NCBI GenBank assembly: GCA_009914755.4
Contig: CP068257.2
Coordinates: 30,944,001-31,008,000, forward strand
Direction: 5' to 3'
Source of the DNA: the human T2T-CHM13v2.0 reference genome, Homo sapiens
Length of the DNA stretch: 64,000 bases
This document shows, in pieces, positions 47,347-64,000 of this stretch (its first letter is position 1; each line of letters starts with the position of its first letter). The notes below the pieces were generated by a model, which was not told the DNA's origin, searched no databases, and saw nothing but the letters and a program-made list of their open reading frames with translations. The position numbers and the translations under genes were made by a program.

Positions 47347-47646
47347 TTTTTTTATTTATTTATTTATTTATTGAGATGGAGTCTCACACTGTCGCCCAGG
47401 CTGGAGTGCAGTGGTGCAACCTCGGCTCACTGCAACCTCCGCCTCTCAGGTTCAAGCGATTCTCCTTGCCTCAGCTTCCCAAGTGGCTGGCATTACAGGC
47501 GCCCGCCACCAAGCCCAGCTGATTTTTTTGTATTTTTAGTAGAGATGGAGTTTCACTATGTTGGCCTCGAACTCCTGACCTCGTGATCCGCCCGCCTTGG
47601 CCTCCCAAAGTACTAGGATTACAGGCATGAGCCACCGCGCCTGGCC
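47347..47646 (-). mobile_element. Alu SINE
   Basis: Reverse-complement Alu with a TSD-like ttttaaat. Confidence 0.95.
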
Positions 47647-48129
47647 TTTTAAATGTTATATAAATGGTGTCTTACTATTTTGTATCTTGCTTTATGGCTA
47701 CACCGTGAGGTTTTCTCATATGTTCTTTTCACTCACTTATTTTCACTGCTGTCTACGATTCCACTGTATGACTATGCCACTCCACTCCCCTGTTGATGTT
47801 TATTTGTGGTTTTCACCATTACAAACAATGCCTCTCATGCTCCACAGGTCCTAGTTTCTCTAGAAGTCGGATTTCTTATTGATAGGGTATATGAATTTTA
47901 CCTAACATTGTTAAATTGTTTTCTTGAGCTGATGTGCCAGTTTACCCTTTCACCAACCATGTTAAGAGTTCCCCTCTCTCCATATAATTGGTAATCCTTG
48001 ATACGGTCAGACATTTTTCTAACATTAATAAATTGGTGTTTTAATTTATACATCAGTTTCTTGTGAGTTTGCTTATTACATGCCTATCACCCTTGCTATA
48101 GTTTCTGGTCCTGCAGAGCTCAGAATCTG

Positions 48130-49470
<1,341 letters not shown>

Positions 49471-49526
49471 AAGAATTTCAAATATCAATCAGACAGGTCT
49501 GAAAAAAGGCAATACTAGCCTTGGCT

Positions 49527-50141
<615 letters not shown>

Positions 50142-50328
50142 GGCCTTTTAATTTGGGTCTCTTTAGGCAGTCCCTTTTTCTGACTGGCTATTTTTGTCCC
50201 AATTCCTCTTTGCCCCCCACTTGTTCCTTCTACTTTGGGTAAGAAAAATCATTCATATTTCTTGTATTATTTTCAAGTCAGCATGTTTTTGCGTGAGGGC
50301 CTCTCTTATGGAATAAGTGCATGGACTT

Positions 50329-50546
<218 letters not shown>

Positions 50547-50759
50547 ATGGACTTTTTAATAATGATTAGTAATCTCGGAAAATCTTCTTAGTTTTAGAGG
50601 AAGCACTATCTGGAGAAATGAAAATAAGGTCTTGAATTAAAATATCTGATTCGGCAATAAGGGTTAAGCTTATTTTGTTTGAACGTCACCAAACTTGTGT
50701 ATGTAAAGTACAAGGAAAATGGCTGAGAAAAATTCTTCCCTTTCTAACAAAGAAGTCAG

Positions 50760-52995
50760 CATGGTAAAGACAGATATATTTATTTCATATGACAGCACGT
50801 TTCACAGGATATGTACAGAATGTCTGTGTACCACTGACTTTAATACTGTACTTCTATAAAGTTTATAGTTATAAATATTGTATGCCACATAAGCAATAAA
50901 ATTCTTACATATAAACAGCAATCTAATATAGAGAACACAGAGTTCACAAAGAGATCCTTAGTGTCTAACTTCTGCTCTGCTTTTAACAGAACTAGTAAAT
51001 ATTTAATAATACATAGAATAATGGCTAGTTATTTGCAGCATACCTTTAACTTTCATAACTTTGTGCATTTTCAGCAACTTGCCAAGTATAATTTTCCTGA
51101 TAAAGGCTGGGCTGCTGATATGTATATTTTAGACAGTAGTTTATATTCAATAGGAAACATTGCTCACAGATCTGCAATTTGCACTAGTGAAGTTTACCTA
51201 ACAATGAATTATTTTGCTAATGGAGAGCAAATACCATATACACTAGTCACATGGATGTTAAAGCCACAGTTTCAACAAGTTAATTCACATTTTGAAGCAA
51301 CTGCTTATAGTAATACTGCTGTTTAAGACGCTACTGCTGAAATGATTAGAACCTCCAAAAAGCACAATATAAAACTCACAAGAGTTATTTCTAACAGCAA
51401 ATCTTGGCTGTTAACAGAGAAGATTACTTCTATAAATATAGTATTTTGATAACATTTGAGCATTTAGAAAAATGCTTTTTTTCTAATAGATTTGCTTTAT
51501 AAGTGCAGTGCAGTTTGCTGTGCTTTTAACATTCTACATATTCGTAGCCATGAACGCTATTTTTTGATATTCCCTCAATGTACATCTTTAAAGGTTAAGT
51601 GTGGACATAGGAATTTAGGTGGACATATACAACTCTTTATATAAAAGGAATGTTAATGTAAGTCTTAATGGGTAAAGATGATTGTAACTGAAACTGACAA
51701 AGAAACAACTATTGCTCAAGGAGTTTTCTGATTGGTTTACTTAATGATATCAAAATACTACATTCTGTAAAAATTCTGTGTACTTCTTCAAAAAATTAAT
51801 AAAAGCGGGATCAGTTGCATATTGGCAGTGCAGGAGACAAAATCCGCAGCTACTTTGAGGTATAGCCTCTAAAAACTTAAAGCAGCATCATAGATGTGTT
51901 ATGTAGCCTCGTAAGAGGGGGGAGAACACACACTGGGTATATTCCCAATTCAAAGCACTCAGGGGACAGCTGCTTTCCCTGCTAAAAGCAAAGTTCCAGA
52001 GCAAAAGCAGCAAAAAGAAAATATGGGAGGGATATGGGCAACGTATACTCGAACGTACGCAGAGAAGAGAGTACGGTTAGCTCTAATATTTCTCATTGAA
52101 CTTGGTGGTATGTGCCTTCCCTGCATATAAGGCCATAGTGCTTTTTTGGGAGCGCTAGAATATCCATCCACTTGACAGTGACCACAAAATAGGCTGTTTC
52201 CAGCTGCAAGAACCTCCTCCTGGAGAAAAGCGTATGAAGGTGCTGGAGTGAAAAGTAACAAGGTTGTGTGTATTTGAAGGGGTTGGGTGTGGAACGGTAG
52301 AAAATTCTGATTCTGTGGTGAGATTATTCTAGTTTTGAAAACAAAATTAATGAAAGGTCCAAATTACATTTGCAGCCATCTTTTTGGTAATGTGATATTG
52401 AAAAAGGGACTTTGTTGGAACTTTTAGGTATAATTTGGTCTGAGTTATAGCCTAGAAATTAAAGTATGAATTGTAAAAATATGTAAATGTATACAGAAGT
52501 ACATGTGTTTGTATGTATTATATATGTACACATACCTATACTTTTTTCCTTTAAAGCAATGCCTTTCAAAACTCTGTTCACTGTAACCTTGGCAGCTCTT
52601 TGGTAAATACTCAAAGATACCAATTGTTAACAAGTATGAGAGGGCTGGTGGAAATGTCAGCTGAAAGTTGGGTGGGCTTTTTGAGATTCTTCAGAAGACT
52701 GACCGAAAAGTTTCTGAATAAGGACTGTTTTCTAAAGTATAAGTACTTTTTATGGCTACTACTGTCTCCTATTCATCCAAAGAGAAATACATCAAAACTC
52801 CAGTTAACAATGAGAAGGGTTTTTCCTTATTTCCAATATACACATAGTCCAACTCTGTACACATCAAATAGTGGTGTTTTGTGAAGATATCAGTGCACTT
52901 ACAATGACTTATTGCACATAATGAAATACTAATGCCCAATTCTCTTAGCTCTATCCTGCCAAAAGCAAGTACCCACTGTTTTCTATTGCATGGCG
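50760..52995 (-). other. SYNJ1: SYNJ1 3' UTR (extent inferred)
   Basis: Follows the stop codon at 52998-52996. Candidate minus-strand AATAAA at 50784-50779. The ~2.2 kb length is compatible with remembered transcript size. No direct evidence for the cleavage site. Confidence 0.35.
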
Positions 52996-53835
<840 letters not shown>

Positions 53836-54291
53836 TCAGTTTATATTTACTCTTAATACCCCCTATTCTTCCTGTCTCAATTATTCTTCCCTTTTAGGGG
53901 CAAGCATGTAAATTTAGAAACTAAAAAGTAGCTTTGTGTAGTTTGTTACTCCGGTGGTTTAAATAACATGAAACACCTACAGTCTTTAAAAACTTCTTTC
54001 TAAATAAATCCTTTCTAATTAAATCCATTTTTAAATCCCTCAAAATCAAAGAGCTTATTTCATTCATGCAAGTTTTGAAATGGTAAGAAGGAGAATTGTA
54101 CAGAATTAACAAATTTGTTCATGCCCAGTTCTATCACATTTCAGCATGAACTTAAGAAATCCATACTTATAACTTATGCTAAATCTATATAAATAAAATT
54201 CTAACACCCATCTATGATGATGATGTGGTTTCATTGTTCTTTTAAGTGTGTTTTCTAAAATTAATGTTACTATGGAAATTCAATTTTATAG

Positions 54292-54695
<404 letters not shown>

Positions 54696-54746
54696 CTGAC
54701 TTTTAATGTAAGCTCTCCTTTGTTGAATAAACTGAGTAATGTGAGG

Positions 54747-55410
<664 letters not shown>

Positions 55411-57194
55411 TCATAAGCAAATTAGCTTATCAGGCATACATTATTAATTTTGAAAAAAATGTATATAATTCTTAAAACTAGGGTAGATGACTTGGACACT
55501 TATGCTAACTTAAGAAAACTTCAGGGTTGGATACGATAGGGCAAAAAAAAATTCAGTTCAAGACTGGCAATGTAATAAAATGAGCACTGCCCAAAAGGAA
55601 TTTGGATAGTTGTTAAAGCAACATAACTATACTTTCATGAAATATATTGGAAAAAAACAGCAGCAGTCTCAATAAAATGTAACTGCATACTATGAAACAC
55701 TTAGTTACTGCTTAAGAATATGGAAGGATGTTCACTTGTAAAAGGAAATGGATGACTTAAGTGAATAACTTTCAAGTATCTGTTTTATTCAACTATCCTA
55801 GAATATGCTTTATAATTGGTTGAAACAGTATATTTTTCTTCAAACTTAGTGTGATAAATTTGTACAAAACTAAAGAGAAAACATGTCACAGACTTTAAAC
55901 TGTACTCTAAATGTCTTAGGTAAGTAGACCTATATGTGGAAATGTACTTAAAAGGAAATTTATATAGATATTATAAAATTAACTCTATATTACCAAAAAT
56001 CTCTGGACTATTTATAGTTAATACAAAATGAAATACTTCTGTCTGAGACAAAATTCTCCTATGGCAGATAGAATCGTCTGCAACACAGACATTATAGGAA
56101 AGGAGAATTTTGTGCTCTGCCAGCTTAGAACAGAAGTCACCTGCTGCATCAGTGCTATACATTTAAACACCTTTATTTGCATATATAAGAAAATTTTTAT
56201 TTCAAAATAAGTTAATTTGATAGAATCAGGATCATTTTTCCCAGACTTGAAATTACAATGACAACCACATCACCATTCATCACATTAGAATTAATTTGTA
56301 ATCTAAGCAGGATTTGTGATGACAATATTAAAATTGGTGCTATTTTTACAGAGAAAGGTGTTGGAAGGACCTTTAGATAATCTTGTTATACTGGTAACTT
56401 TCATCTTTCTAAACCATCAATTCTTCCTTACCAATAACAATCTTGCTACTAAAACCATTTGAAAAAATATTTCCCCCAAATATTTTTTCCTAAAAAACAT
56501 ACTGAATTTTGTGTTTATGTAATTACATAAATGCCATTGTTAAAACCAAGAACCGATCTGGTTTTGCCAAAAAGGCCTTCATATACCTAAATCTTACTTT
56601 CTTGAAGTTACACGTTTTAGTTTTGTTAATTTTCATAAAAAAATGAAGCAAAAAGTGGTAAAGCATTAGCAAGAACAACTACATGGTTCCTAAAATCCAA
56701 AATACTAAGAAAAAGAAAAAGCAGGTTTTATGGTATGATAGAATTTATTAATGGAGACAGGTGGTTTTAAAAATGGGTGAAACTTTAGATGTATGAAGCA
56801 GAGATTCATACATCTAATGTGTTGAGACGGATGAAAACACATGTAAGATTGATAAATTGTCAGATACCTGTTACCCTGATGGTTGCTCCTGCTTTGAGAA
56901 AGGAAACAGACATCAAAGGAAAGAGTTAGGAGGACAATCCGAGATCAACCAGCAACCCTAACAATTCAGTCAACAAAATGCTTTCTAAGTTACAGACAGA
57001 ACCCAAGAGCAGCAATATTTGCAGGTTGTAACATAAATTCAAAAGACAATTCCAATTCCTTTTATAATTTTGTTGAATTAGGGTCCAGACTTTAGTTTTG
57101 TCTGAGGTTGATTACTAACCAGTTCAGTTTTGTTATTCCAAAAATAATACTCCAAATGATTTCAGAGTTCTAAAATATTTTAAGCAACCTGTTA

Positions 57195-57610
57195 TGGACT
57201 GAATATTTGTGTGCTCTCCCCTCCCAAATTCATATGTTGATTCCATAAGCCCCTGTGTGATGGTATTTGGAGGTGGGGCCACTAGGAGGTAATTAGAGTT
57301 AGATGAGGTCATGAAGGTGGGACCCCATGATGGAATCAGTGTCCTTATGAGAAGAGACACCAGAGAGCGTGTGCAAGGGTGTGTGCATGCTCTCATTCCA
57401 GGCACCACATGCAATGAGGCTGTGTGAACACACAGTGAGAAGGTGGCTGTCAGCACACCACAAAGAGTGCCCTCACCAGAACTCAACCATGCTGGCACCC
57501 TGATCTCAGACTTCCAGCCTCCAAAACTGTGAGAAAATAAATTTCTGTTGTGTAAGCCACCCAGTCTATGGTATTTCATATGTCAACCCAAGCAGACTAA
57601 GACACAGCCT
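57195..57610 (+). mobile_element. MaLR MLT1-type LTR
   Basis: cccaaattcatatgttga...gaggtaattagagttagatgaggtcatgaaggtgggacc...cagcctccaaaactgtgagaaaataaatttctgttgtgtaagccacccagtctatggtatt matches the MLT1 consensus pattern. Confidence 0.7.
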
Positions 57611-59326
57611 TAGGATAGCCTAGGGATGTCATTATTAGAGAAAATGGCAATGTAATGGTACAAAATGGTACCATTTTTGGTACATACTATTTTGCAAAAA
57701 GACTACCCTACTGAAAATTAGTACTCATCCAGCTTGTTTTATCTTACTCAAATTTTCTGAAGGATGATACTCTTAATATCATTAATTTACTTCATAATGT
57801 ATTAGTTGGAAGGTACAAGAAACTTGTACCTTACAAGAAATTTGGAATTTACCTTTGTTTAAAAATGAAATCATAATCCCTCTATAATATACCATTATTT
57901 TTTAAAATCTAGTATCCTCAAGCAAGTTTTGAGGTAAATCTTCTCCAATATCTAAACCTATTACTAAATAGCAAAACTAATTTTGACAATTCAGAGACAT
58001 CACCCAGAAATATATTAAGTACTTTAGAATTTCCTGCCTAGTAAACATGAGACTCTTATTTAACACTCAGAGTTTTATGTATCAGCTCTGGCAGTGGACA
58101 GGAGATCAGGAATAGGTTTATACTGAGAGGTACAAGGTTGCTGTATCCTCCATTAAATGGGTCTAGAATGCTGTGATTTTTCTACCAGGTCTCACAGTAA
58201 CAGTATAGCAGTGAGTTCGGTTCCTTTACTTCCAGTTGCATTTCCTTATTTCTGGCTCTCAGCTGATAAAGATGACTAAGATGCTAGAAGTCAGATAGAT
58301 AAGTGAGGATTTTTTATACTTTGTAAAGGACGTATAACATGTTATATAATCACTCGAATTAAACGAATCTCTTCTATACAAAATTATAAAGTCAAAGGAT
58401 AAATAATAAAAAGTAAAACTGGGTCATATACATTATGTTTTAAATACCTTGTAGATTTGGAATAGGATAAGTAAAGACTTGTAAAAATTACAAATGTTCA
58501 ATTCTAAAACTATTTCATGTCATTACAAAATATCAAACTTGTCATATTTAAAAATCTCACCATCAGGTTTGAAAATCTTGTAAATTGTTCAACTTAACAG
58601 CTACTTCCAATAATTTAAAATTTTTTTTATTATTTTTAAAATAGGCATTATTTTACGGTTCAAAATTCAAAAGGTACAAAAAGATAGAAAGACTCCTCCT
58701 CACCTGCCTCCTGGCCCCCAGCATTGGGCATTCCCTGGAGGAAACTGTAACCACTTTGTGATCCCTCACAATGACACTCTGCATGTAAACAAGACCCCAC
58801 CCTCCAAGAAAGAAAAGTGTGTCTGTGTATCTAATATTAAGGAGTTTGATATCAATGACTGAGGCAAAAAGATACTTCAGGATTTGAAACAAATATCTTT
58901 GTCTTTTTGATGAACTGACAACCATGAGATTCAAGAACACAATCTAAGGGGGCACACACAAAGCATGTGCCCGTCGGCCACCAAATCGCTATACTCACTT
59001 CAATGAAAAACATAAAACAATGGAAAGTTTTCTGAGAAAATGATATGTGTCTTAGAATGATTTTATAATGATAACTACAATCTCAGCTAACAGTTTGCAC
59101 CTCCGGAAGTTTTTCAGAGTACTTTATCTACTTTTGTATTGGTCTAAGGACACTTAAACCATCAGAGTTTTAGTAATTATGGCACGCAACTACAATGAGA
59201 TGGATGCCCTAAAACAGTCCTAGAAAGCTCAGAGTGGCTAGTTGAAAAAGTTTTTTGCCCTTCAATTACATTTTAAAAACTACAAAAGAGTATACAAGAA
59301 AATAAGAAAAATTCACGATTCACTAA

Positions 59327-59718
<392 letters not shown>

Positions 59719-60055
59719 CTTCATCCTCAATTTTCTAAACTAAAAAAATATAGAATTCTTTTTGGTATTAACCAGCTTAAGGGAACATTTATTTTTCTGT
59801 ATTATATATCCTTCAACTTTTACAAATGTGACTTAATAAATGCTAACTGCTAACTTTATTCATATTGTATTGAATCATATTTACTTTAATATCTGTTTTC
59901 ACCCTGTAGACACTTAAGAAACTGCTCACTTCTGCCAACTAGCTGGACATACCTATATATCTGTAAAAATAAATGTAAACTATTACTTATAAATGTGTTA
60001 AAGGGACATTGCCAATACGTATTATTTCTGTATTTCAGATCTTTCCAAAGTGTAA

Positions 60056-60345
<290 letters not shown>

Positions 60346-60416
60346 CTCATCTCACAGTTTTTTCAAAAGAGTTTAATGAGATACTTTTAAGGAAAGATCA
60401 CTTTGAAAATTCAGAG

Positions 60417-60823
<407 letters not shown>

Positions 60824-60878
60824 TTATAACAGGCAATAATTAAAATAGGTATGTTCAAAGACTAAATCATATGCATCA

Positions 60879-61154
<276 letters not shown>

Positions 61155-61408
61155 TTAGGTATATTCTAGAAAACCATGTTTTTTTCCTTCTTTAGTGAAA
61201 TGTTAGGAGAACATTCTAGTTATTTCTTCCCCCAATAAGTAGCCTCATTTCTTGTGGTATAATGAAGGAAGGATATAGCTATCTGAATATATGTTGTAGA
61301 AGGTGGGAGATGACAGAAGGAAAAAGAGAAAAATATACAACAAAACCAGTACAGTATTTCTAATATAGTATCTACCTTTCTTTTCTCTCAATTTTTAAAA
61401 ATTTTTGA

Positions 61409-61783
<375 letters not shown>

Positions 61784-62284
61784 CTACAGATAGGAAACAT
61801 AACACTTGAGACATTTACTTACCTTCCACAGGTAAAATTCTGTGAAAACATTTGCTTTTGCATCTCATTTACTTTCTTCTATGGTATTAGTCCCTAATTT
61901 GTCATTTTAAGTGCTCTCTACTTGAAGCCATTATAATGATGAATTTTAAAATCTTCCTGTTTACTTCTGACTATTTACTATGTGCCAGACATTATGTTAA
62001 TTAAGTACTGTACAGGCATTTCCATTTCATCTTCAAAATATCCCTCAGAAGTAGGTATTATTTTATCATCTCTATTTTAAATTAAGATGAAGAAATATAT
62101 ACAACTTGCCCAAAGCCACACAGAAAGCAGAGCCAGGATCCAAACTCAGGTCTGACTGGCTGCAGGGCTAGGGTTCTTAACCATGTGCAATGCTGTCTTT
62201 ATGGGGAAAACTGGGATGATTTTAAAATATACAAGGAGATAGAGAGATACATACCTGAGCAACTAGGAGACTTTGGGGAAAAAA

Positions 62285-62597
62285 CACCCTGAGATTTGTT
62301 TTTTTTTTGGTTTTTTTTTGAGATGGAGTCTCACTCTGTGGCCAGACGGGAGTGCAGTGGCACAATCTCTGCTCACTGCAACCTCTGCCTCCTGGGTTCT
62401 GGCACTTTCCTGCCTCAGCCTTCCGAGTAGCTGGGACTACAGGCGCCCGCCACCACACGCGGCTAATTTTTTGTATTTTTAGTACAGATGGGGTTTCACC
62501 ATGTTGGCCAGGATGGTCTCGATCTCCTGACATCATGATCCACCCGCCTCGGCCTCCCAAAGTGCTGGGACCACAGGCGTGAGCCACCGTACCTGGT
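62285..62597 (-). mobile_element. Alu SINE
   Basis: Reverse-complement Alu. Confidence 0.95.
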
Positions 62598-62735
62598 CAA
62601 GATTTGTTTTTTAAGAGATGGGGTCTTGCTATGTTGCTCCAGCTAGACTTGAACTCCTGGGTTCAAGCGATCTTTCCAATGTAGTCCCCTGCGTAGCTGG
62701 GACTACAGGTGCATGCCACTGCCACCCAGCCATAT
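62598..62735 (-). mobile_element. Partial Alu/FLAM-like fragment
   Basis: agagatggggtcttgctatgttgctccagctagacttgaactcctgggttcaagcgatc... Confidence 0.7.
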
Positions 62736-63734
62736 ATATTGCTTTTAAACACAGAAGTACAACTTTTGAATGACTAACTCAATATTCCGAATTAAATACA
62801 CTGAAAGACTCATCAGTGAAAAATATTTTTTCTATTTTCATATGTTTGCTGAAGGATCTAAGCTAACAATATTTATTTTAAGCAAAATATGAACTTTTAA
62901 ACTCACAAAAATCCTGACTTTCTTTTCCTATACTTATGGTATTCAACAGAATCAAGAAAGTTCTTGTGCCAAGTGTGGTCATGGGATCAGTGAATGGCAA
63001 ATTTCCCTTTTTTTGAAAAAAGGAGGATAAATATTTGAAGAGTAATATTACATATAAAAAAGAACCTTCAGATTGTTAAGTGGACAGCTACAACAGAAAA
63101 GACAAAAAGCTTCTATCTTCATAGGAAGTGGTTTCCTCAGTTCTCACAATCTTAATAATCTTAATTTCTAGGTACAGTAATAGCTCTCAGTTTCCTACTC
63201 TTCAGATATGGGCCTCTCAGTAGTCCCAGCTCCTACTGGACTAGCCTAAGTCACTGATTACTGGTTTCTATTTGCTCTTTCTCTCTGTTCTTGATTACCT
63301 GTTATAGTCCAGAGAAAGTTTTCAAATAATAAAAAACCTATGTGTATAAGAGAACATATAAACATACAGAAAAGACACATTCATCAGGTAGGGAAAAATC
63401 CTGTAACAACATCTACTCTCCTATTTCTAATACCTTTACGGAATATGATGAACCTGATCAAGAAAAAAACCAGAAAGAGAAAAAAACCTTTAGAACCAGT
63501 TTTACTATACTGAATTTATCATTTTTTTTTCTGAAATGTAATTAAAATCCTTTTTAATGAAGGATTACTTTATATCTTCATTAATTACTCAGGTAAAATG
63601 ATAAAAAGCTGCCCAAATCCATCATTTCCTCATATACTGAGACTCTTAAGATATTTATTTAGTGACCATAATTGTTTTAAGTGTATCACTTTTATCCAAA
63701 TAATGAAGTTTGTTATTTTTGAAGAGTATGTTAA

Positions 63735-63989
<255 letters not shown>

Positions 63990-64000
63990 TCATATATTTA

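Noticed and set aside
57133-57579. 148-aa minus ORF
   Set aside because: It lies within a MaLR MLT1-type LTR. There is no coding evidence.

Overview
This window is human genomic DNA, not a prokaryotic locus. Alu, L1, MIR and MaLR repeats occur every 1-2 kb. From protein matches recalled from memory, I place it at chr21q22.11 in genome (+) orientation.

Main contents, from low to high coordinates:
- The two 5' coding exons of TCP10L on the minus strand (4.2-6.3 kb).
- The complete CFAP298 (C21orf59) gene on the minus strand: 7 coding exons at 23.9-34.2 kb, 873 nt, 290 aa. Every junction is GT-AG and phase-consistent. Its CpG-island promoter spans about 33.5-35.1 kb.
- An OR7E-family olfactory-receptor pseudogene on the plus strand (43.1-44.0 kb). 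Two direct arrays of a ~64-bp satellite, whose core is the palindrome GATATTA-N4-TAATATC, flank the block that contains it.
- The last four coding exons of SYNJ1 on the minus strand (53.0-64.0 kb), including the terminal NPF/DPF-rich exon of the 170-kDa isoform.

The supplied six-frame ORF track is prokaryote-style and allows alternative start codons. It is dominated by Alu-derived and repeat-derived open frames; real coding sequence here is split into short exons.

Repeat content: about 40 Alu copies, many with intact target-site duplications; four L1 fragments; two MIR; two MaLR LTR fragments; and several micro- and minisatellites.

There is no novel 'system' in the prokaryotic sense. The most unusual structure is the paired palindromic satellite arrays bracketing the OR7E pseudogene block, between the SYNJ1 3' end and the CFAP298 promoter.
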